In this document: one piece after another, positions 21,799 to 30,619 of the stretch
Numbering within the stretch: the first letter of the stretch is position 1
How the letters are laid out: each line of letters starts with the position of its first letter
NCBI GenBank assembly: GCA_963697335.1
Contig: CAVONQ010000011.1
Coordinates: 58,855 to 122,854 of the forward strand
Source: an uncultured cyanobacterium
Lineage (GTDB): Bacteria > Cyanobacteriota > Cyanobacteriia > PCC-6307 > Cyanobiaceae
Direction of reading: 5' to 3'
Length of the DNA stretch: 64,000 nt
Notes under the pieces: model-generated
Seen by the model: the letters and a program-made list of their open reading frames with translations, nothing else
The model's database searches: none
Told to the model about the DNA's origin: nothing
Program-made: the position numbers and the translations under genes

Positions 21799-22962
21799 AT
21801 GACCACTGAGGCCTACCGGCGCCAGGATTGGGCCGCCGTGATCCAGGCACACGCGCTGGAGAGCCATGACCCCGGCGACTGGCTGCGCTACGGCGTGGCC
21901 CTGCTGCAGACCATCGAGCCTGGCCCTGAGCAGGGACGCCTGCAGCAGCAGGCCGCCCTGGCCTTTCTGCGGGCCGGCCAGGAGGGGGCGGCGGCGGAGC
22001 AGGTGCGGGCCTACCAGCAGCGCTCGGTGCAGCTGTCCCTGGCCCAGGCCATGGACCAGCTCGGCCTGGCCCATGAGGCGCTCTCCCCCATCCCCCAGCT
22101 GAGCGGGCCGCCGGTGTGCCTCACGGCGATCTCGCGCCGCCTGAAGACCCTGCCCAAGGTGGTGGAGTCGCTCAAGAACCAGAGCCTGCGGCCGCGCCGG
22201 ATCGAGCTCTACCTCTCCAAGGAGGCCCATCTGCTCGATCAGGGCATCGATCCGGCCCACCCCGTGGTGCAGAAGCTGGAGCAGGATCCCGCCGTGCGGA
22301 TTCACTGGGTGCCGAATCTGGGCCCTTACCGCAAGGTGGTGCCCTTCCTGGAGAGCTTCAAGGGCAAAGCCGCCACGAACGACGACCTGTTCATCACCGT
22401 GGACGACGACACCATCTACCCGCCGCGGTTCGTGGAGTACCTCACCCGCAACCACGAGCGCTACGGCTGCATCGTGGCCCATCGCGGCCGCCGCATCCGG
22501 GTGGGTGCACAGGCCGGTGATGGGTTTCTGCCCTATGACCAGTGGCACGATGGACTGCACGAACCGCGCCTGGCCAACCTTCCCACGGGCCAGAGCGGTG
22601 TGCTTTATCGGCGAGGCTACTTTCCACAAGACCTGGAACTGGAGGCGGCCTTGGCATTGGCGCCCACCCATGACGACCTTTGGTTGCGATGGCTTACGGC
22701 TCGGGAGGGCGTACCGGCTGTGATTCTGCAGCCCAATGCTGCTGCCCGTACCGACGATCTTGCTTTCCCCACCGCGGACAAGAACTACCTCAAGCGTCGA
22801 GAAACACTTTGGCATGCATACAATTCTCCGAATGCCTCTGATGCTGATGCGAGCAGTAATACTCCTGCAGTTCATGCGATATCCGCTTACTTTGCTAAGC
22901 GTGACTTTGACTTGACCGACATCCTGCGCAGCGAGCAAGAGGCGAATGCGGACTTTTACTGA
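21799..22962 (+). CDS. GT-A fold (GT2-like) glycosyltransferase with helical N-terminal domain
   Basis: VCLTAISRRL..VESLKNQSLRP, NLGPYRKVVP, FITVDDDTIYP, PTGQSGVLY, APTHDDLW. Confidence 0.75.
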   Translation: MTTEAYRRQDWAAVIQAHALESHDPGDWLRYGVALLQTIEPGPEQGRLQQQAALAFLRAGQEGAAAEQVRAYQQRSVQLSLAQAMDQLGLAHEALSPIPQLSGPPVCLTAISRRLKTLPKVVESLKNQSLRPRRIELYLSKEAHLLDQGIDPAHPVVQKLEQDPAVRIHWVPNLGPYRKVVPFLESFKGKAATNDDLFITVDDDTIYPPRFVEYLTRNHERYGCIVAHRGRRIRVGAQAGDGFLPYDQWHDGLHEPRLANLPTGQSGVLYRRGYFPQDLELEAALALAPTHDDLWLRWLTAREGVPAVILQPNAAARTDDLAFPTADKNYLKRRETLWHAYNSPNASDADASSNTPAVHAISAYFAKRDFDLTDILRSEQEANADFY

Positions 22963-23039
22963 TCAGCGCGCTGATCAAGGTTCAGCTGCTGCAGCCATTG
23001 GGACTGGGTGGTTTCCGGGCGCAACGGGTGAGCCAAGGC

Positions 23040-23789
23040 TCAGTGAACTCTTTTGATCCACTTTTCTTTCAGGGCGGCAATGGAGTCACCATAAAAGTGT
23101 TGAACATATTGTGATGAATAAACGCTATCCAGCTCGCTTTCCGAGAAGTGGATTCTCTGCTTGAGCTGTTTGCTGATCCTGGACGTGGCCTTAAAATCTG
23201 ATTCGTTTGAGATGACTAACGCTTCGACCTGAATGCCGAGAAGATCAAAGAAAGCACGTTGAAAGCAGTTGTTTAAAGACTCCATCTTCATGATGAGAAT
23301 GTCATACTCTCGCTCGGAAAATACCGTATAACCTGCAGACTGATTGAAATCGTGCTGATAAACATCAACGCCAGTGTAAGGCAGGAATTCTTGCTCAAAC
23401 CAGTTCAGGGTGTAGTCATAGCTGTTTTTCTCCTTGTAGATCCTGATTAGGTCATCAAGATCAGTGGTGGCGAGCGTCTGTCCGCTCGCGAGATAATTAC
23501 CGGGATTCTGGAATAGGTCAGAAATGTTCCTTCCAACGGGTTCTCGCACCAATGAAATAATTTTGATGCGCGCTTCTCCGCTTGCCTTTCTGAGTTGCTC
23601 AACCTTGTTTATTTGCTGTCGATGCCACTTGTATTTCTCGAGGCCCCGTGATCTTTCCTTGAATTTTTCGGATAAGAAATGGAGCTGAATCAGGCGTTCG
23701 TCACCATAAATATCCTTAAGAGTAGAGTAGACGGACGAGGATCCAACTTTGCCTAATTGATAGATCAAGATGATGTCTGATTGGTTCAT
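23040..23789 (-). CDS. Putative capsular polysaccharide synthesis protein (NKWYS/sulfotransferase-like)
   Basis: YQLGKVGSSS (PAPS-loop-like), IISLVREPVGRNIS, WFEQEF, GVDVY, YSSQYVQHFY; AT-rich. Confidence 0.72.
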   Translation of the reverse strand: MNQSDIILIYQLGKVGSSSVYSTLKDIYGDERLIQLHFLSEKFKERSRGLEKYKWHRQQINKVEQLRKASGEARIKIISLVREPVGRNISDLFQNPGNYLASGQTLATTDLDDLIRIYKEKNSYDYTLNWFEQEFLPYTGVDVYQHDFNQSAGYTVFSEREYDILIMKMESLNNCFQRAFFDLLGIQVEALVISNESDFKATSRISKQLKQRIHFSESELDSVYSSQYVQHFYGDSIAALKEKWIKRVH

Positions 23790-23991
23790 GGCTAGTCTGC
23801 GGATGGAGGCAAGTGGTGACGAAGTAAGATGCGTTGCAATCTCAGGCTCCAGCGGGAATAGCCATGGTGGGCAAGGCTTGGTATGACGATTTAATCGACC
23901 GATTCTAGTTTATTGACAGCCATTGATGGCCTGGGCCGCCTCAGGAGGCGTGGTTCTGGTATAAGGGTACGGATTAATTGGTGCAAGTCCG

Positions 23992-25392
23992 TTGGCGCCT
24001 CGCAATGACTCGTTGGCTCGTCTGGAGCGTGCGCGCAAATCAGGCGATCCCCTGCTGGTCGCCAGCACCTGCGAGGACCTGCTCCGCAATCCCCAAGCCA
24101 GAGCGCAGCACCTCAACAAGATTCGTCGTAACCATTTCAGTGCACTCTGCATCCTTGCTGATCCTGGTGCCGATGCCGCTCTGGCCGCTCTCCCCCTGCC
24201 AGAGAAGCAGGGGGCGGTGTTGGAGCGGCTCTGGCAAGCGGCCCTGCTTGCCGATAGCCGCGGCCGCTTCCGGGTGGCACGTGCCCTCTATCAGGCCATC
24301 GATGCCCTTTCCCCTGGCATGGAGTTGGTGCCGCACCGGCGTGAGGCCCTAGAGCGCAGCGAGCGGCTCGCCTATCTTCAGGGTGATCTTCGTGCAGCGG
24401 TTGCCACACGCAATCGCTTGCGTGAGTTGTTCCGAGCTGCTCCGAAGCAGGCGTGGCGCGCAAGGGCTGAGCCCTTGCGCGGGCTCCGGCTCGAGGTGAG
24501 TGCCGATCCAGAAGCTCTCGCGGCCCTGCAGAGCACCTATCAGGAGCTGCCAGACCCCCCACCCCAGCGGATCGCCCCACTGGTGCAGAGGTTTCCCGGC
24601 TCCAGCAGCGTGGCTTTCGCATTGGTCCAGGCACTGCGGAACAGCGGAGTCATCGGATCCTCTGCCCCATTCTTGCCAAGCCCGGCCGATGAAATTCCTA
24701 AACGGTTGTGGATGCTACGGCGACATCCCGGGCGAACGGATGCCTTGGAGAGGCGGGAAGCCTTTTGGCGCAAGCTTCACCCCCAATGGGAGCTGCAGTG
24801 GGTCGATCATGACCTGAACCAGGCGCAGCCTGACGCCGTGCTTCCCGAGCTGCCACAGCTTGTACGCACAGCCTGTGCCTGTGTCAACGACCCTGCCGTT
24901 CGCGGGGATCTGCTGCGGCTGGCTCTGCTCTGGCGTTATGGGGGTGTTGCTGTCGACTGGCGTACGCAACCGCTGCGTTCTCTGGCCCCCCTGGTAGACA
25001 GTGGAGTGGGTGGGGTCGTGAGCTTGGATGAGAACTCCTGCCTCTCGATCGACCTGGCTGCTGCCGTGCCGGGCCAGCCACTGATCCGTAGCATGCTCGA
25101 GCAGGCCTGCCACCTTGTGCTTCATGGACAAGGGTATGGCCGCTGGTTGCTGACGGGATCTTGCACGCTCAGCTTGTGTTTCTCTCGCTGGGCGGCTGAG
25201 GATGTCGCGACGACGGGCCTCCTGCCGGTTGGCTGGAAGGTTGTGCCAAGGCCTGAACTGCGGCGTTTCCTCTGCCTGGATCGGGGCCTGCCACGACCTC
25301 AGGGTGTGCCAGAGGATCAGCCTGTGCGGGTTTTATTCAACCATCGAGTGCGGCTAGGGGCATTACGTCGTTTAGCCGAGAAGCACTGTTAA
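23992..25392 (+). CDS. GT32/DXD-type glycosyltransferase-like protein with helical N-terminus
   Basis: IPKRLWM, WRKLHPQWELQWVD, RGDLLRLALLWRYGGVAVD, AAVPGQPL, LTGS; the DxD motif is degenerate. Confidence 0.65.
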   Translation: MAPRNDSLARLERARKSGDPLLVASTCEDLLRNPQARAQHLNKIRRNHFSALCILADPGADAALAALPLPEKQGAVLERLWQAALLADSRGRFRVARALYQAIDALSPGMELVPHRREALERSERLAYLQGDLRAAVATRNRLRELFRAAPKQAWRARAEPLRGLRLEVSADPEALAALQSTYQELPDPPPQRIAPLVQRFPGSSSVAFALVQALRNSGVIGSSAPFLPSPADEIPKRLWMLRRHPGRTDALERREAFWRKLHPQWELQWVDHDLNQAQPDAVLPELPQLVRTACACVNDPAVRGDLLRLALLWRYGGVAVDWRTQPLRSLAPLVDSGVGGVVSLDENSCLSIDLAAAVPGQPLIRSMLEQACHLVLHGQGYGRWLLTGSCTLSLCFSRWAAEDVATTGLLPVGWKVVPRPELRRFLCLDRGLPRPQGVPEDQPVRVLFNHRVRLGALRRLAEKHC

Positions 25393-25431
25393 GAGTCCCT
25401 CAGGCGGCAGTCCCCGAAGCCCTGCTGCAAG

Positions 25432-25453
25432 GGGGTTGAGCGTCCTCAACCCC
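25432..25453. other. Perfect 9-bp stem hairpin
   Basis: GGGGTTGAG-CGTC-CTCAACCCC, 40 nt after the GT32 stop; no U-tract. Confidence 0.5.
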
Positions 25454-25903
25454 AACCTCGAGCGCTACCCCGCAACGACCGGTTAGGGCAATGCGATCGA
25501 GGGAAAAACGCACTGTTGCGCCAGGGCGCCGGCGCCCCCTCCTGGGTTACGGAACTGAGCTACGGCGTCGTCAGCAGGCCGCCTGCCGGCAGTGAGCACG
25601 GGTTTAGGCAAACGTAGCGCTTGATACGGCACCCCGAAGACGACGGGAGGACCGAGTGAACCCAACGTCAATCGATAATCGAACAGGGGCCGAAGCAGTG
25701 GAAGCCATGTGGGGAGAACCTCCTGTAGCCTCGCCGGGCGGGCACATACCATAAACCCAAGCGACTGATCCCTTCCATCATGACTGCTGATGACTAATGC
25801 CCTCGACAGGCGAAGCCGTGCAACGGATATGTCAGGACTTCAAGACCACGGCAGGTGACCACCGACTGCTTGCGGTATGCTTGCGGAAACTGACTTTGCT
25901 GTC

Positions 25904-28336
25904 ATGGCTGGCGTTGTAGCTACCCAAACCTTTGCCTACTCAAACGACATCAGTTTTGATGCTGGCGACAACAACTACAAGCTCAAAAATGATTCCAGCC
26001 TGGGTACTTTCACCCTAGAAACGTTTAGCCCCACCCTTACTGTCGGTGCTCCAGTTCGCATCAACGGTGTTGACTACATCTACAAAGGCTTCTTCCAGCC
26101 TGAGATAGACAACCAAGGTGGTCAGACAGCCACTGTTCCCTTCTTCCAAGAGGTCAGCCAGCCTGACAATTTCATTGGTCTCCAAAGCGTCCGCAAGCTC
26201 GATGGTGACACCACTGACAACCTGACCCCCAGCACAGGCACTTTCACCCCTGTTACGTCGTTCGCTGAAACCGATATCTTCGGTTATTTCAGTGAGAGCA
26301 ATCTTGATGCCGGTACCGTTGAAATCAAGGACGGCAAAAATGACGGTGGACCCTTTGATATCGACGGAGGTTATACCGTTCAAGCAGGGGTAGATCCGCT
26401 GGTGGTGGGCAGCAAGGTGCTCATCAACAACATTCAATTTACCTATATCGGCAATGTTCCTGTTCCGGTTAACGACACCAGCGGCTTCTTCCAGCCACAA
26501 CAGTTTGTTTCATCTCCAGCCTTCACGCAGGATGGTGAAAACAATGCCAATAAGCCATTTGTTCTCTTCGACTTCGAAAAAGTCGAAACGGCAGGCAATA
26601 TTGATGAACAAACGCTTCTTATAGCCAACTTTGACCTAGCACCCGATGCGTTTGTTTCCACTCAAACCTTTGGCTACGCTAATGAAGGTAAAATCGATGG
26701 TGGCGGTTTAGTCGATCTCGGCAATGACGGCAAAACCAACGTTGGTATTTTTGGTACCGATGGCCCCTACACGCTCCAATCCACCAGCGCAACCCTTACC
26801 GCCGGTCAAGTTGTTTATATCAACAATGTAGCCTTCACCTACATTGGAACTGTCCAGCCGCAGATCAAGGATGGCGGTGGTGCCACCACCACCATCCCCA
26901 CATTCCGGCAGCTGAGCGACCCGACAGTCATCCTTGGTCTTCAGGACGTCGAGAAACTTGAAAGCGGTGACAATCAAACCCTCAATACGGGTACATTTAG
27001 CCCGATCAATAACTCCTCGCTTCTCGGTGAGCAGGTATTCCCCTACCTGATTGCACTTAAAGATGAGGGCGGCGGCGACTATGAGCTGGATGCAGGCAAG
27101 ACTTCAGATGGAGGCTTTGAAAGTCCCTTCACGATCAAAGCCACTGACGGCACCTTAACGCTCAATGAGCAGGTGCTCATCAATGGCCAAGCTTATACTT
27201 ATCTGGGTCAACTCACTGCAACGGTCGAAGAAACTGGTGCAACGTTCCAAGTCCCTGCGTTCCGCAGGGTGGGTGAGCCTGGCAAGATCTACGCACTTTC
27301 AAATATCGAAGGTGTTGATAAGCTGGTTGAGCCCATCAGCACGACTGCTTTCACGATCGGTGATCCAGCCTCGGCCAGCATGGGGTCCTATGCTTTCTAC
27401 AATGAAGTGAAAGATAACGAGGATGGAACTTACGACATTGACAAAGATGGTAAGCAAAGTGCCAATGTGAATGCTCCGGCTGGTGCCTTCCCCTACAAGA
27501 TCGATGGCTTCACGGCAGCGACAGCTGTCGGCGAGAAGGTGCTAATCAACGAGCGTGAGTTCATCTACCTCGGCACTATTGAAGTGGCGGCTGCTGAAGG
27601 CGGTGGCACCTTTGATATGCCCATCTTCCAGGAAGTTGGCGATAGCACCACCATCCTCGGATTCCAGAATGTTCTCAAACTTGATGATTCTGACGCCAAC
27701 ATCAAGGATCGCACTTTAGACCTAGATGATTACACCCCCTGCTTCATGGCTGGGGCCATGGTCGCAACCCCGAATGGACCTGTCGCCATCGAAGATCTCA
27801 AGGTTGGTGATCTTGTCTCCACCCCTGAAGGTCCTCGGGCGGTGAAGTTTGTGGGACGTACCACCCGTCACATCCATACGCTCATGGCCCTTGGCCGTAT
27901 GCCGGTCACGATTGAAGCTGGTGCCTTCGGCAACAACCTTCCTTCAGCTCCCCTGCGCTGCACCCCCAGCCATGCGTTTGCCCTGTCTGGCTTGCTGATC
28001 GAAACCCAAGCCATGATCAATGGCACTACGATCAGTCAATCCAGCCATTGGCCAGAGGCTCTTGTCACGTACTATTCCCTTGAATTAGACAGCCACAGCC
28101 TCGTGTGGGTCAATGATGCCCTCACCGAAACCTATTATCCCAACGTGCGTGGTGCCGGCTTCACCCGTGAGCTCTGGAACAACTATGAGGATTACCTCAG
28201 CCTTTACGTCAATGAGCAGCCCTTGGCTGAGCTCGAGATGGTTCGAGTTCCGTTCAGCCGTCAACTTCCTGCCGACGTGCGTGCTGCTCTGGGGATCCCA
28301 TCCACAGAAACACCTAGCCTTAGCCTCGTTGACTAA
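25904..28336 (+). CDS. Acidic five-repeat surface protein with C-terminal Hint (BIL-B/Hint_2) domain
   Basis: PCFMAGAMVATPNG..IEDLKVGDLV, PVTIEAGAFG..P..L..TPSH, VTYYSLELDSHSLVWVNDALTET; five repeats with V-x-IN-xxx-[FY]-x-Y-x-G; start ATG 25904 or 25877. Confidence 0.88.
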   Translation: MAGVVATQTFAYSNDISFDAGDNNYKLKNDSSLGTFTLETFSPTLTVGAPVRINGVDYIYKGFFQPEIDNQGGQTATVPFFQEVSQPDNFIGLQSVRKLDGDTTDNLTPSTGTFTPVTSFAETDIFGYFSESNLDAGTVEIKDGKNDGGPFDIDGGYTVQAGVDPLVVGSKVLINNIQFTYIGNVPVPVNDTSGFFQPQQFVSSPAFTQDGENNANKPFVLFDFEKVETAGNIDEQTLLIANFDLAPDAFVSTQTFGYANEGKIDGGGLVDLGNDGKTNVGIFGTDGPYTLQSTSATLTAGQVVYINNVAFTYIGTVQPQIKDGGGATTTIPTFRQLSDPTVILGLQDVEKLESGDNQTLNTGTFSPINNSSLLGEQVFPYLIALKDEGGGDYELDAGKTSDGGFESPFTIKATDGTLTLNEQVLINGQAYTYLGQLTATVEETGATFQVPAFRRVGEPGKIYALSNIEGVDKLVEPISTTAFTIGDPASASMGSYAFYNEVKDNEDGTYDIDKDGKQSANVNAPAGAFPYKIDGFTAATAVGEKVLINEREFIYLGTIEVAAAEGGGTFDMPIFQEVGDSTTILGFQNVLKLDDSDANIKDRTLDLDDYTPCFMAGAMVATPNGPVAIEDLKVGDLVSTPEGPRAVKFVGRTTRHIHTLMALGRMPVTIEAGAFGNNLPSAPLRCTPSHAFALSGLLIETQAMINGTTISQSSHWPEALVTYYSLELDSHSLVWVNDALTETYYPNVRGAGFTRELWNNYEDYLSLYVNEQPLAELEMVRVPFSRQLPADVRAALGIPSTETPSLSLVD

Positions 28337-28356
28337 TCCCATCTGATCATTTCTAT

Positions 28357-28385
28357 AAGCCCGTACTTAGCGTACGGGCTTTTTT
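28357..28385 (+). terminator. Rho-independent terminator of the Hint-protein gene
   Basis: AAGCCCGTAC-TTAGC-GTACGGGCTT followed by a T run, 20 nt after the stop. Confidence 0.9.
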
Positions 28386-28538
28386 ATTGCCCATGGCATC
28401 CTTTTCGCATGGCCGTATTCTGGGCCACCATGTCTTGGCTGGCTCCTTCTCGATCCAGCTGCTAATGCTCAAGACCCTCCGTCAGGGTGTGGCATCTTTT
28501 GGCGTCTACTGAGCTAGAATAATAGGTAGAAAACTATA

Positions 28539-29378
28539 GTGCTTGGCTGCGTGGGCAAGGTCGGTAAACAGGCTCGAGGATTCTCTGCGCCCCAGCCCAG
28601 ACTCTCCAAACCCCTACGACGAAACTCAACCCCTCGTGCAGCAGCATTGCATCGCCAGGCTCTGTCACTCATTGGCCAGAGCAAACTTGTTGAGGCAGAA
28701 AAGATTTATAGGGGTCTGATTTCTGATGGCACCATCCACCAGGATGGCTACTTCAATCTGGCGGCCATTTGCGGCACCACGGGCAGGTATGAGGAGGCCA
28801 TGGCGCTACTGCGTCATACTCTGGAGCTGCAGCCAGATCTTGCCGAGGCTCACTACAACCTGGGCAAGGCGCTACAGGCCCAGGGTGACTCTACAGCGGC
28901 AATCACCTCCTACCGCGCGGCGATCAAGTTTAAGCCTGACTACTCAGAGGCTCATCATGCCCTCGGCACATTGATGTTAAGTCTTGGTCATTTGCTCACC
29001 GCGGTGACTAGCTTTACCAAGGCCCTTGAGCTTGCGCCATCAATGCTTGAGGCTCACGTGAATCTTGCTGCTGCCTATGCATCCCTTGGAGATCGAGAAG
29101 CAGCTCTGAGGAGCAATACCAACGCCCTAGGACTTAACCCGGATCTCAGCTACGTTTACATCAGTATGATCCAGCTTTATCTTCAAGATGGCGCCCAGGA
29201 TGAAGCGCGATCTCTGGCTGTCAAGGCTTTAGGTAAATTTGGTGACTCGCTCTCTTTCCTGTCTGAGATATCCGTTTTTGGTTCGGGCTTTGCAGCAGCC
29301 GTGTTTGGTTGTGCAGACTTATGCGGAGAGGGAAGCCCTGATCAGCCGAAGCTCGAAGAAAAGAGTCTGCTTCAGTGA
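28539..29378 (+). CDS. Tetratricopeptide repeat protein
   Basis: Tandem TPR units: GYFNLAAI, AEAHYNLGKAL, SEAHHALGTL, LEAHVNLAAAY, with ALELxP ends. Confidence 0.85.
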   Translation: MLGCVGKVGKQARGFSAPQPRLSKPLRRNSTPRAAALHRQALSLIGQSKLVEAEKIYRGLISDGTIHQDGYFNLAAICGTTGRYEEAMALLRHTLELQPDLAEAHYNLGKALQAQGDSTAAITSYRAAIKFKPDYSEAHHALGTLMLSLGHLLTAVTSFTKALELAPSMLEAHVNLAAAYASLGDREAALRSNTNALGLNPDLSYVYISMIQLYLQDGAQDEARSLAVKALGKFGDSLSFLSEISVFGSGFAAAVFGCADLCGEGSPDQPKLEEKSLLQ

Positions 29379-30347
29379 AGATGCTGCGTAGCTCGTCTCG
29401 CTCTGCAACGTATTCACCAGCTTTTCGCGTGCCACTATGTTCATCGTCTGAACTTCATGGATTAACTGGGCACTCGCTTGCCGGCTTATCCCATGGCATT
29501 CCAAGGTGGATTGAAAGTATTCGCGGGGCAGTTTGCTGGAAATACTGCCAATCGGTAACGACTGAATCGTAAGGACATCTTCTTTCCTTGTTGCATTCTT
29601 CTGTTTGTCGCCAGCTTCGGCGCCACCCTGTTTGCCAACCGTATGCAAGATAATGCTCGAAGATGGAATCTTGCGTGTAAATGGAAACGAGTAACAGGCG
29701 ACCTCCTTGCTGCAAAACCCATATGTTCTCCACTGAGCAAGTGGACCCTTAAGCAAATTATAACGATGCAGAAACTCTTGTCCATGCATGAGGGATTCCT
29801 GTGTTTCCACCCCCTGTTCGGTGGTTCTGAAGCGTGAGGCGAAGCTGCTGTGGTTGATCAGGTCCCAGATAGGAGCTAGAACAGGGATGTTCTTATGCCT
29901 CACAGAACGCCTGGCTTTGTAGAATTGAAAAACCTCTGTCTCCGTCGGTTTTGTGTTCAGTGTGCGCTCATCAACGATTCCAAGCTTCATCAGCAATGAC
30001 TTGGCATGCAATGGTAGCAGCCGTAACTCTTCATGAAAGCTGCTGAGTTCCTGCTGCCCAGATTGTTCGTAGAACAGAGCTTGATAGTAATCCTCAATGA
30101 ATTGCCTGTGATCACGATTCGGCATGGCGTCCCCATTCACCTCAACCTTGCCTGAGCCTGCCGTCACAGCAGCGCTTGGGCTGAGTAAGTTCATCGGGCA
30201 CTTGACCATCGCTTCCGAGCTGCTTTCAACATAAAACAGGCCCCTGCCATGTGCTCCTTCGTCGAGCCTGAGATTCTCGATGGTGCCTCCCAGTGCTTTG
30301 AAGTCTTTGGCAAGATCTCTCCATTGATCGCGATAATCCGAGTCCAC
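29319..30347 (-). CDS. SET-domain-like protein (Rubisco-LSMT/SETD-type motifs)
   Basis: GAHGRGLF, VKCPMNLL, LAPIWDLINHS, GQEFLHRY, WRTYGF; start GTG 30347 inferred; AT-rich. Confidence 0.6.
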   Translation of the reverse strand: MDSDYRDQWRDLAKDFKALGGTIENLRLDEGAHGRGLFYVESSSEAMVKCPMNLLSPSAAVTAGSGKVEVNGDAMPNRDHRQFIEDYYQALFYEQSGQQELSSFHEELRLLPLHAKSLLMKLGIVDERTLNTKPTETEVFQFYKARRSVRHKNIPVLAPIWDLINHSSFASRFRTTEQGVETQESLMHGQEFLHRYNLLKGPLAQWRTYGFCSKEVACYSFPFTRKIPSSSIILHTVGKQGGAEAGDKQKNATRKEDVLTIQSLPIGSISSKLPREYFQSTLECHGISRQASAQLIHEVQTMNIVAREKLVNTLQSETSYAASSLKQTLFFELRLIRASLSA

Positions 30348-30619
30348 CAATGCGCCCAAGCCTCCCCAAAATACTAGCATGAAGTGTGTAATAGCAAAAG
30401 GCAAACCCTGCGCCGCTATGGTCTGTCCGAGGGGGCTGAATCTGAAGTACGCTCCCATCCCCTAAGGCCTTGGAGACAATCAGACCCATTTGCCTTGCCC
30501 TTATCTTTGGGAATGGCTCGAGAATCTGTCCTGCCGAAGCCAGCTCGGTGATGACAGACTTTCGCTGCAGTCTGGAGATGAGGCCTTGCCGGGATCCCCT
30601 CTCCCAATGCCCCAATCCC

